Below, one piece after another: positions 35,615 through 43,501 of a DNA stretch of 64,000 nt (positions are counted from its first letter, which is position 1; every line of letters starts with the position of its first letter). The notes under the pieces are model-generated. The model saw nothing but the letters and a program-made list of their open reading frames with translations. It had not been told where the DNA came from and did no database searches. The stretch spans positions 1 through 64,000 of the IMG/VR virus record IMGVR_UViG_3300012007_000010, one strand, 5' to 3'. Source of the stretch: a virus (lineage: Duplodnaviria > Heunggongvirae > Uroviricota > Caudoviricetes). The position numbers and the translations under genes were made by a program.

Positions 35615-35875
35615 CACTGTCCCGTCTGTTGCGATACCATCGCAACAATCCTTCACGCTCTCCCCTCGGGGACGAGAGTATAAAAAAGGTCCCCGAACAA
35701 CTTTTCTTCATTATACAAACTCTGACCTCTATATAATATAGCCGCTCTACAACAGCAAGTTGTCGGGGACCGTAGTCGCCCTCTCTCCGCTGTTGTAAAG
35801 CGTTTTATTCTATATATAGAGGTCAGATGGGTGCAAAGGTAATAAGAATATTTTGATTATTAACATTCTTGCACA

Positions 35876-36115
35876 ATGAGAAGAATAGATTTAGTGGAAT
35901 TTAACAAGGAGCTACTTCAAAAGCTGAACGAAGCGGGCATCCGTTTGGAGGATTACAAGTACTGTGACCTATATCGCGACTACCTTGAATTATCCGAAAC
36001 GATAGTCACTCGCAAGGCTGTGATATTGACACTGGCCGAACGGCACCATATCAGCGACAGGCAGGTTTATAACATTCTTCACCACCTCGAAATGTCAGTA
36101 AACAGAAGACATTGA
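35876..36115 (+). CDS. Mor-family-like transcriptional activator (79 aa), low GC
   Basis: C-terminal TLAERHHISDRQVYNIL resembles the HTH of phage Mu Mor/C (LA..fg.Serq.yrIl). Assignment is tentative. Confidence 0.5.
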   Translation: MRRIDLVEFNKELLQKLNEAGIRLEDYKYCDLYRDYLELSETIVTRKAVILTLAERHHISDRQVYNILHHLEMSVNRRH

Positions 36116-36262
36116 AATTACTGTTTCATAGATGAACCGCAGGCTTCGGGCGATATGCTTTCATTCACTTCATAATCAAGTGATTAAGGAATAACTTTGC
36201 CCGTGGGTTCGGACTTCCCGACCCGCGAGTTAATTCACATTATTCACAAACACTTAAACATT

Positions 36263-36814
36263 ATGGCACTCGAAATGAATGACCTGATGGCCCTGAAATC
36301 AATGGGCAACGGGGGTGGCATGACTCCCTACGAGCAGTACATGGTTGGCTACAAGCAATCGAAGCGCCCCAGCGGCGTGGCGATTGCAGGACTGACCGTG
36401 GCGTCAGTAGCAGCCGTAGCAGGCGCAACAGCATGGATCTTCGGCGGCACCTACGCCAACGCCAAGGCCAAGGAAGCCAAGGAGGTCGCAAAGTCGGCCA
36501 AGGAGCTGTCGATGGCTTACTACGCTGGTGTTGACAAGCGACTCGACAACATCGGTGCGCTGCTGGAGAGCGAGGTGAACCGTCGTGTGGCTGGCGACCA
36601 GACCATCACGCAGACCATTACCGACACCATCTCGGGTCAGCAGTCGGCTTCTCAGAGCCAGGCTACCAGCGTCGAGAACTCTGCTATGGCTACGGCCTAC
36701 AACCAGATTATCTCCGACCGTCTGACTGGTCGCTCCAGCCTCGATGCTCAGCCCGTCTGCATCTACTCGGCTCCAAAGCCATGCGACTGCCCGGGCTGCG
36801 GTTGCAACGGCTAA
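36263..36814 (+). CDS. membrane protein (183 aa from the internal Met), Gly/Cys-rich C-terminus
   Basis: TM helix VAIAGLTVASVAAVAGATAWIFGG. C-terminal CDCPGCGCNG. Confidence 0.45.
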   Translation: MALEMNDLMALKSMGNGGGMTPYEQYMVGYKQSKRPSGVAIAGLTVASVAAVAGATAWIFGGTYANAKAKEAKEVAKSAKELSMAYYAGVDKRLDNIGALLESEVNRRVAGDQTITQTITDTISGQQSASQSQATSVENSAMATAYNQIISDRLTGRSSLDAQPVCIYSAPKPCDCPGCGCNG

Positions 36815-36852
36815 AGGCCACCGTGCCCTGCGCTTCTTCGCAGGGAACAACC

Positions 36853-36899
36853 GAGGGGCTGCGCCCGTCCCGTAAGCTGCGGTACTTCCGCAGCCCCTC
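36853..36899 (+). terminator. hairpin with 11-bp perfect stem (GAGGGGCTGCG...CGCAGCCCCTC)
   Basis: Inverted repeat directly 3' of the 36263..36814 gene. No U-run follows. Confidence 0.4.
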
Positions 36900-36925
36900 C
36901 CTTAAAAACATTCACGGCAAAAAGA

Positions 36926-37303
36926 ATGAATTGGTTTAACCGACCCTCAAAAAAGAAACTCGAAATGCTGCAAGCTATCCGGCCCTCCAGTAAGGCGACG
37001 CTTAAAATCCAGTGCCTCATGCTCTGCAACGGCAAGGTTGATGAAGCCGAAAAGCTCTACGACTACTTTGCCAAGGACATGCCCGACCTGCCCGATTACG
37101 ACGCGCCCGTCCCCACTTGGCTCGACAATACCAAGGACGTAGCCAACGGCATCGTCTCGTGGCTCGGACAGAACAAGGACACACTGGCCCAAGGCTACGA
37201 AATCCTGCGAGGCATCACCGGCAACCGACTCCCCCCGCTCATGGGCGGCTTCGACGCACCGCCCGCGCCTCCAGCAGATTCCCTCCCTCCCATCAACGAA
37301 TAA
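36926..37303 (+). CDS. hypothetical protein (125 aa)
   Basis: ORF followed by a hairpin. Confidence 0.45.
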   Translation: MNWFNRPSKKKLEMLQAIRPSSKATLKIQCLMLCNGKVDEAEKLYDYFAKDMPDLPDYDAPVPTWLDNTKDVANGIVSWLGQNKDTLAQGYEILRGITGNRLPPLMGGFDAPPAPPADSLPPINE

Positions 37304-37314
37304 ATGTTAAGTAT

Positions 37315-37333
37315 GCTGCCGTACCACGGCAGC
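37315..37333 (+). terminator. conserved hairpin GCTGCCGT-ACC-ACGGCAGC (family member 1)
   Basis: 8-bp perfect stem. A near-identical 30-bp copy lies at 41860-41890. Confidence 0.45.
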
Positions 37334-37356
37334 CCGACAATTAAAATCACGGCAAA

Positions 37357-37584
37357 ATGACAATGGAAACACAGCAACCGCTCAAAGGCTTTCCCATCAC
37401 CTTCCAGCTCTACGCCCATAGCGAGGAGGAAGCAGAGGAAGCACGCATGGCCATCGTGGCCTTCATAGGACAGTTGCGCCAGTACGGACGCGCCGTCACC
37501 GGCAAGAAGGTAGCGCAGGCCGTAGCAAACTGGGACAGCAACCCCATAGTAAAGAACCAGATACTGAAACATTTTAAAGAATAA
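37357..37584 (+). CDS. hypothetical protein (75 aa)
   Basis: Small ORF in the operon. Confidence 0.4.
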   Translation: MTMETQQPLKGFPITFQLYAHSEEEAEEARMAIVAFIGQLRQYGRAVTGKKVAQAVANWDSNPIVKNQILKHFKE

Positions 37585-37590
37585 AAAACA

Positions 37591-37950
37591 ATGGCAGACA
37601 TAAACAACATCCCTCAAAGTCCAGTGAACGGCGGCACTGCCGCCGTCTCATCCGCTGCCTCCCCGCAGCAAGCCACCGTGCCCGGCGGTTCTCCGTCGGG
37701 GACTCAGCAGCAATCCCGCCCATGCCCCAAGGACTGTCGCAAGTGCTCGATGCAACAGCAGGTATGCTGCGCCTCAATGCTCTCGTTCCAGTCCTTCGAG
37801 GTGATGAGTTCCATCATCCGGCGCATAGACCGCCAGCAACGCACTATCGACGTGCTCACCGAACGCATTAACGCCATTCAGAACACCGAGGCCGAGCTGA
37901 GCAGTCCCGTACCCCTTCAGGGCGGTCCCTTTGCTGGAGGGAAGCAGTAG
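37591..37950 (+). CDS. hypothetical protein (119 aa)
   Basis: ORF with a Cys cluster (CPKDCRKCSMQQQVCC), followed by a hairpin. Confidence 0.45.
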   Translation: MADINNIPQSPVNGGTAAVSSAASPQQATVPGGSPSGTQQQSRPCPKDCRKCSMQQQVCCASMLSFQSFEVMSSIIRRIDRQQRTIDVLTERINAIQNTEAELSSPVPLQGGPFAGGKQ

Positions 37951-37955
37951 TGCGT

Positions 37956-37974
37956 GTCGCCGTACCACGGCGAC
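37956..37974 (+). terminator. hairpin GTCGCCGT-ACC-ACGGCGAC (family member with compensatory changes)
   Basis: Same architecture as 37315..37333. The stem changes are compensated. Confidence 0.4.
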
Positions 37975-38052
37975 CAAAGATACAGCACAGGAGGAGGACG
38001 GTGCAAAGAATAGGTCCTCGTATAAATAAACCAACACAAAAACTTTAGCATT

Positions 38053-38514
38053 ATGGCTTGTAATCAGAATGGGAAGACTTATTTCAACAGTCTGACCCCG
38101 TACCCCGGAGGCACTGCCGCCTCCACCTCGTACATGCTCGACTGTACGCACTACACTTGCGGCAACCGTCAGATGTGCGTCAACAGCGCCGAGGGATTCC
38201 CCCTGGCAAGCAACTTCGACATCCAGGTTATCGGAGCTCCCCGGCAGCTTGGCGGCGACCTCTACTGCTGCGACGTGCGCTGCATCTGCGACCTCACCTA
38301 CCAGCAGGTCTATCGCTGCGGCAACGGCTGTCCTAACAGCTGCCTGCAGACGGAGAAGGTTATCGTCACAAAGTGCATCCCCTGCTCGTCGGCAGACGTG
38401 CCAACCGTCACGCCCGTCGGTGTCAGCGCATCGCCCGTCGGCGCAACCTGCGGATGTCCGTCGACCAACATGGCCGACGTGGAGTTTGCCTTCACCGTCG
38501 CCACTGGCGCATAG
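38053..38514 (+). CDS. Cys-rich protein (153 aa)
   Basis: More than 20 cysteines (CTHYTCGNRQMC, CCDVRCICD, CGNGCPNSC, CIPC, CGC). Confidence 0.45.
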   Translation: MACNQNGKTYFNSLTPYPGGTAASTSYMLDCTHYTCGNRQMCVNSAEGFPLASNFDIQVIGAPRQLGGDLYCCDVRCICDLTYQQVYRCGNGCPNSCLQTEKVIVTKCIPCSSADVPTVTPVGVSASPVGATCGCPSTNMADVEFAFTVATGA

Positions 38515-38528
38515 GTATCTGTCAGACT

Positions 38529-38912
38529 ATGGCATGGAGTGACATCGCGTGGATCGTCGTCGCCTGCACATCGGCCAACCACCTCGGGCTGATAGCGGCA
38601 GTGGAGGATGTTCTCCACCGCCGCCTGCCCGTGGTCAACTGTCCGAAGTGCTTCACCTTCTGGAGCACGCTGGCCTACCTGCTGGCATGCTTCCTGACGG
38701 GCGGCGATGCACCGCTGAGAGGCGGTGGTCCTATAACGGCCCTCATCTCAGCGGTGCCACGGATGCTCGCGGTTTCCTTCCTTGCAGCCTACTCCGCCCT
38801 ATGGCTCGAACTCATCATGTATTTTATCGACACCATCTACAACAGCATCTATGACCAAATCAGCAAAAATAACAGAGAAGAAACAGACGACGAAGACACC
38901 AGTGAAGACTGA
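38529..38912 (+). CDS. membrane protein (128 aa, ~3 TM), holin-like topology
   Basis: MAWSDIAWIVVACTSANHLGLIAAV, WSTLAYLLACFL and AVSFLAAYSALWLELIMYFI hydrophobic helices with an acidic C-terminus. The ORF-track start at 38373 is Arg-rich and unlikely. Confidence 0.45.
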   Translation: MAWSDIAWIVVACTSANHLGLIAAVEDVLHRRLPVVNCPKCFTFWSTLAYLLACFLTGGDAPLRGGGPITALISAVPRMLAVSFLAAYSALWLELIMYFIDTIYNSIYDQISKNNREETDDEDTSED

Positions 38913-39149
38913 TGTCGCGCAGTCCGTCGAGTCTGTTGCTGTATCACAGCAACCCACGTCCCACTCCGCAACATCCAAGCCTCGCCGTCCTGTCTCACAG
39001 ATATCCTCCCGCAGCATCCCGGTACAGCGCACGCCGCGCATCCCGTCGGTTCGCTGCCCGTCATGCTGATTTCCAATCTTGCAAGAAACGGAAAGAGCAG
39101 AAGATATTTGCAGAAATCCTACAAAATCAACATCTAAACAAAAGTAGAA

Positions 39150-39650
39150 ATGACAACAGAAGAAATGAGAAACGAGTTCCATGCCCTATTCAATCTAATG
39201 GCTGGCTCGAACAAGGTAGAGAACATGCACGTCTTCGGTAACGTGCATAAGGAGATGATGGAGTGGTTCATCGTCAATAAACCCGACCTCGCACAGGAAT
39301 GGCTCGACAAACTGGCGAGCATCCGCTGGTGCCAGTACCTCACTCCCAAGGAGGCCGACAAGATTATCGCCGGCATGGACCCCAAGGCTCCCTGGAGCCG
39401 CGAACAGTGGAAGCAGGCGATGACATCGTTCGGCTTGCCACTCGAAGAACAGCCGTGCTACAACCGATGTGCATTGTTCGTTGAGATGTCAAAGATGTAT
39501 TCCGATTTCGGAGAGAACATTGCCGAGATGCTCGGCAAGCCCCTCGCCCCAACCGACAAGGATATCATCGCTGCCTGCTACAAGATGGCACTGAAGACCC
39601 TGAAGGACAAGGACGGTATCTACGACATCCGCAAGTATTTCAACGTCTGA
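39150..39650 (+). CDS. hypothetical protein (166 aa)
   Basis: Protein-like ORF. Confidence 0.5.
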   Translation: MTTEEMRNEFHALFNLMAGSNKVENMHVFGNVHKEMMEWFIVNKPDLAQEWLDKLASIRWCQYLTPKEADKIIAGMDPKAPWSREQWKQAMTSFGLPLEEQPCYNRCALFVEMSKMYSDFGENIAEMLGKPLAPTDKDIIAACYKMALKTLKDKDGIYDIRKYFNV

Positions 39651-39687
39651 TGTAGTGTGCCTTGCGGTACCGCCGCAAGGATAAACC

Positions 39688-39963
39688 ATGGATGCCGCCC
39701 TCGAATACCTCGCCCGCCGTCAGTTGTTGGAACGTATCTACGACCGCATGACCGATGAAGAGCGCCGTCTCTTCGTCCAGATGGCCCTGCAGAATCGCTC
39801 TACCGACGAGATCTTGCAGGCCCTACAGCAACAGTCGGCGCAGATAGCGCAGGTAGCCGACAAAATAAACCGTCAGTCGTGGCTCACCGACTTCGGCAGC
39901 GACGTGGCAGCCAACTTCTTCACCGACGGGCTGATATTGCTCGCCCGTCGTCTCTTCCGATAA
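39688..39963 (+). CDS. hypothetical protein (91 aa)
   Basis: ORF. Confidence 0.45.
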   Translation: MDAALEYLARRQLLERIYDRMTDEERRLFVQMALQNRSTDEILQALQQQSAQIAQVADKINRQSWLTDFGSDVAANFFTDGLILLARRLFR

Positions 39964-40063
39964 ACCGTCATTCGCCGTGACGTTGCAACAGGGTGCCGGT
40001 GTTGCTTCAGCACCGTGCGCCCTGTCATTTGTTTTGCCGGGCGCAGACCTATGCCCGGTTCTC

Positions 40064-40098
40064 CTGCCCTTGATTCCCGTCCCGTGTTTTGCGATATT
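40064..40098 (+). promoter_or_regulatory. late-promoter motif copy (CTGCCCTTGAT-N18-GATATT) overlapping the palindrome TTTTGCGATATTATCGCAAAA
   Basis: cctgcccttgat tcccgtcccgtgttttgc gatatt, immediately upstream of the ATG at 40112. Confidence 0.5.
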
Positions 40099-40111
40099 AT
40101 CGCAAAAAACT

Positions 40112-40615
40112 ATGCCCAACTGCAAAGAATTTTTCCTCGACGATCTCATGGCCATCACCGCCATCCCCGTCACTGACTTCAATCCCGGTTTTTCTGGTTG
40201 GCAGTTACAGCCAGCCATTGCCGACGTAGACTTTTCGCCCACCCTCACCCGTGCCATCACCATCGGACAGCAGCCCGTCACCACCGGCGGCACACTTATC
40301 CCCATCATGCGCGGTACAGGCAAGGCCAAGGATGACGAAAGCGATCAGACTGCTGGCCGTTTACATAAGGTGACGGTAAATTGTCAGACTGATGACCGCG
40401 ACCTGAGCCGCGATGCCAGCGGGATGACCGTCCTTGATCATCTGCTCACGCTGGAACGCACTCCCTCCCATCTGCTGCTCACCTTCCGCGACCTGAGCCG
40501 CGCCTTCGTGCAAGCCGGCAAAGACACCTACCTCTGCACTATTGACCGTGACGGCGCGAAGACTTCCGTACAGTTTCGCATCGAGTGCCTGATGGGTATT
40601 CAGACGATTGTCTAA
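40112..40615 (+). CDS. late structural protein, unknown function (167 aa from MPNCKEFF)
   Basis: The start was chosen downstream of the late motif. The ORF-track N-terminal extension is unlikely. Confidence 0.5.
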   Translation: MPNCKEFFLDDLMAITAIPVTDFNPGFSGWQLQPAIADVDFSPTLTRAITIGQQPVTTGGTLIPIMRGTGKAKDDESDQTAGRLHKVTVNCQTDDRDLSRDASGMTVLDHLLTLERTPSHLLLTFRDLSRAFVQAGKDTYLCTIDRDGAKTSVQFRIECLMGIQTIV

Positions 40616-41124
40616 CCCATCTTCTCATACTGTGAGCGCAAGGTCTCTATAGTCCTTGCGTTTTTTGTGGCCAGCGCCGTGAAGTGCCCTCCATACGAAA
40701 GGTTCATAGGTCCCCACAGCGCAATGTCAGGCAACAGTATTGCCGTATCGTTTTGCTGCACGTCCTTCAGCGTCATCCGCTCACCGAACGGATTCTTGCT
40801 TACCCACTCCGAAGCCATCGGCGACCGCCGCTCGGAAAGGTCGGCAACAATCGTAAGGTGGGCAATGACATTCAGGTTCCCCTTCCCCGTCATCTTGGCC
40901 CGTGTCTGACGCATGGCAGCCAGGATGGCATCTGCAGTAGTGCCCGGCAGCGATGGTGCTACGATTGTCATTTCCGTCTCGCAGTAGCGAATGAGCAGTG
41001 CAGGTAGTATCTCGGCCAGCGACAGGTCGCCATAGCCGTGAAAGAAGGCGGTTCCACTTTCTCCAAGATTTTCGCGCAGCGTAAGCAAATGCTTGGGTGC
41101 GCAGCAAGGTTCTATCAGTTGCAT
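40612..41124 (-). CDS. hypothetical protein (170 aa)
   Basis: Last gene of the minus-strand morphogenesis block. Confidence 0.45.
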   Translation of the reverse strand: MQLIEPCCAPKHLLTLRENLGESGTAFFHGYGDLSLAEILPALLIRYCETEMTIVAPSLPGTTADAILAAMRQTRAKMTGKGNLNVIAHLTIVADLSERRSPMASEWVSKNPFGERMTLKDVQQNDTAILLPDIALWGPMNLSYGGHFTALATKNARTIETLRSQYEKMG

Positions 41125-41209
41125 ATCGTTTCTTTTGGGTTGTTAATAACAAAGCCCAGACCGTGAAGCCTGGGCTTTGCTGATGCTGTGTGAAGGATGG
41201 TTAGGCATC

Positions 41210-41818
41210 CTACTCAATGAACTCGTCGGTGATGTCAAGACCGTCGTCGGCAATGTCTGTAGGAGTGGCACCGCCGGAAATGGCCTCTATCTTACCATAC
41301 CACTTCATGACAGGATAAAGCTGATATGGGCAGGTTACGGTAAACGTCTGTCCGTGATCATCGCCTCTTGCCGCACCAGTGTCGCTGGCGACAGTCCACT
41401 CGGTATCACCGAACTGGTTACCAACGACCTTGAACTCGGTCTTACCATCGACAACATTGCCGGTTGGGAAGAAATACATAAACTTGTCGGTGTTGTGCAG
41501 TACGCGACTGGTGTAGGCCATGTCGTCTTCACTCAGTTCCACTCGGCCCGTGCCGGTGTGCGTCCAGCCTTTGCCGACGCCATTGTCTTCAGAAGTCACC
41601 TGACCTGTCTGGCCTTTGAAGTCGATGCGATACCCCTGCAGGGCAGCATCGTTGCCTCCGGCCACGGTGATGACATACTCGTTCTTTGCATCGTTGACGG
41701 CAATGTTCGTCACGAAGTTCTTGTCCAGGGGCACCGCAAAAAGGTGGTTGCTCAGGCCGGCGGGGTTCTCCTTGCAGTTGGCGCCTGTGGAAAGTACGTT
41801 TTTAGGAATGCAAGACAT
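41210..41818 (-). CDS. virion protein, unknown role (202 aa; possibly tail tube or head decoration)
   Basis: Beta-rich Gly/Thr/Asp composition, immediately downstream of the capsid gene. Confidence 0.5.
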   Translation of the reverse strand: MSCIPKNVLSTGANCKENPAGLSNHLFAVPLDKNFVTNIAVNDAKNEYVITVAGGNDAALQGYRIDFKGQTGQVTSEDNGVGKGWTHTGTGRVELSEDDMAYTSRVLHNTDKFMYFFPTGNVVDGKTEFKVVGNQFGDTEWTVASDTGAARGDDHGQTFTVTCPYQLYPVMKWYGKIEAISGGATPTDIADDGLDITDEFIE

Positions 41819-41870
41819 AATCGTAAAATATTAAATTTTGTGTTTGTGTTGGTTGTTTCTTGTTCAGTAT

Positions 41871-41889
41871 GCTGCCGTATCACGGCAGC
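41871..41889. terminator. conserved hairpin GCTGCCGT-ATC-ACGGCAGC (family member 2) downstream of the capsid gene
   Basis: 30-bp near-identity with 37305-37336. Palindromic, so it functions on either strand. Confidence 0.45.
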
Positions 41890-41966
41890 CATAGAGGAAA
41901 TCAGAGGGCGGCAGCGCGGGCGGCGATATGATTCATACCCGCGCCGCCGCAGCACCTCCGATGCGT

Positions 41967-43406
41967 TTAGCCCTTCGTGTAGTAGGTCTTTCCAGACACT
42001 ACCGTGGTGTCCTCAGTCAGAGAATACACGTCGCCGCTCTTCTCGTACCAGCCCTGCTCTGCGGGGTTGCCAGCGGGATTCACTACGGCTGTGTAGGTGG
42101 GAGTCTCGTCGCCACCGCCGTTGCCGCCGTCAGCAGCTTCCTCGAACTGTGCCACCAGATGAACAACGCCACCACCGAAGGTGTAGTTGAACGGGTTGGC
42201 ACCGTTGATAATCTGGCCGCTGATGCCCTCAGACCAGCCTACGAACACGTAGCCGCTCTTCGGAGTAGCCTTGACGGTGATAACATCGCCCTCCTTGTAG
42301 AGGTCCTTCTCGCCGCTGGCCAGCTCGGCAGTGCCCTTCTCGTCGTCAGAGGTGGCAACGGTGAAGATGTCGGCGATGTAGTCGCCTGCGGGCACGTTGT
42401 TCGGCGTGTTCACCTGCTCGTTCACGCAAATCACCTTCGGACTATAGTCGTAGATACGAGTAGCCTGAGCGGTCTGAATCTGGTAGTCGAACAGGTTGTG
42501 GTCGTCGGGGTTCATGGCCACGGTGATGTTTGACTGACCCTCGGGGCGCACGTCGCAAACATACTCCAGGTTGTCGGGCAGCGAGAAGATAATCTGTGAA
42601 CCCTTACCCATAGAGGTGTGGGTCACGATGGTCAGGTTCTTCATCTGAGCGAACTTCCAGCCGTCCTTCAGCGTTTCGGGCGACAGCTGCGGGTGCATGA
42701 TCATGTAGCCCTCGATGATGTGGTCGGCTAACTCCTGCGACATGTAGGCCAGCAGTTCGTCGGCGGCGCGGAGGTCGTCGTTCAAGGCGTTGTAGGCTGC
42801 CTTGAACTTCGTGTAGGCCACGTCGCTCTCCATAGCCATCAGATCGCCGGTCTCAATCAGGTTGCCGATTTCCTTGCTGATGAAGCCGCGAGTGATACCC
42901 TTGGCTATCTTGGTGTAGATACCGTCGTAGAGCGACAGACCCAGCTTCACCAGGTTGGCCTTCGTCTCGGGCAACTTGTCGTTCTCCTCGTTGCCGAAGA
43001 AGAAGTTGGCACGGACGTCCTTGGCGTGGCGGTCGGCAATCTTGTTGATGAGGAACGTGGTCTTCTCGGCGTTGTTGGTTCCGTCGGGGTTCACGTGGAA
43101 GGGCTCCTTCTCACGATACTTCTGCACGTTGTCCTGCGGGTGAGTTACTGCGAGAATCACCTTGGTGGGGTTCTCAATCATGGTTCCGAGTTGCACCTTC
43201 TTGACGGCACCCTGCTTGTACTGGCGTGCGAGCAGGCCCTTGTCGTTGAAGATGAACGTCTTGTCGATATTCTCGACATCGGTAGTGACCTTTACGCGGA
43301 GATCCTCCAGCATTCGGTCGTTCAACATGGAGGCGCGAGCCACCAGGTCGACGTGCATCTGTTCGGTGACAGTCTGCACCTGAGAGAGGTTGATTGCGTT
43401 TGGCAT
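41967..43406 (-). CDS. major capsid protein candidate with C-terminal Listeria-Bacteroides-repeat/Ig-like domain (479 aa)
   Basis: Sits directly after the prohead protease-scaffold gene. C-terminal GYVFVGWSEGISGQIINGANPFNYTF matches the GYtFxGW...F..t pattern of the Listeria-Bacteroides repeat. Confidence 0.6.
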   Translation of the reverse strand: MPNAINLSQVQTVTEQMHVDLVARASMLNDRMLEDLRVKVTTDVENIDKTFIFNDKGLLARQYKQGAVKKVQLGTMIENPTKVILAVTHPQDNVQKYREKEPFHVNPDGTNNAEKTTFLINKIADRHAKDVRANFFFGNEENDKLPETKANLVKLGLSLYDGIYTKIAKGITRGFISKEIGNLIETGDLMAMESDVAYTKFKAAYNALNDDLRAADELLAYMSQELADHIIEGYMIMHPQLSPETLKDGWKFAQMKNLTIVTHTSMGKGSQIIFSLPDNLEYVCDVRPEGQSNITVAMNPDDHNLFDYQIQTAQATRIYDYSPKVICVNEQVNTPNNVPAGDYIADIFTVATSDDEKGTAELASGEKDLYKEGDVITVKATPKSGYVFVGWSEGISGQIINGANPFNYTFGGGVVHLVAQFEEAADGGNGGGDETPTYTAVVNPAGNPAEQGWYEKSGDVYSLTEDTTVVSGKTYYTKG

Positions 43407-43464
43407 ATTCTCTACTGTTTTTTGTGTTGGTGAATATTATTTTTGTCTTTGTGTTGTTAGCCGC

Positions 43465-43499
43465 AATTTAGCGTGATGCGTCAGGCAAATCAAGGGCAG
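43465..43499 (-). promoter_or_regulatory. late-promoter motif copy (CTGCCCTTGATTT-N-TAAATT) upstream of the capsid gene
   Basis: Minus-strand reading ctgcccttgat ttgcctgacgcatcacgc taaatt. Confidence 0.5.
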
Positions 43500-43501
43500 T
43501 C

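Noticed and set aside
41177-42190. 337-aa plus-strand ORF and the 41928..42533 / 43748..45370 ORFs antisense to virion genes
   Set aside because: They are nested opposite the 202-aa, capsid and protease-scaffold genes and have repetitive low-complexity sequence.
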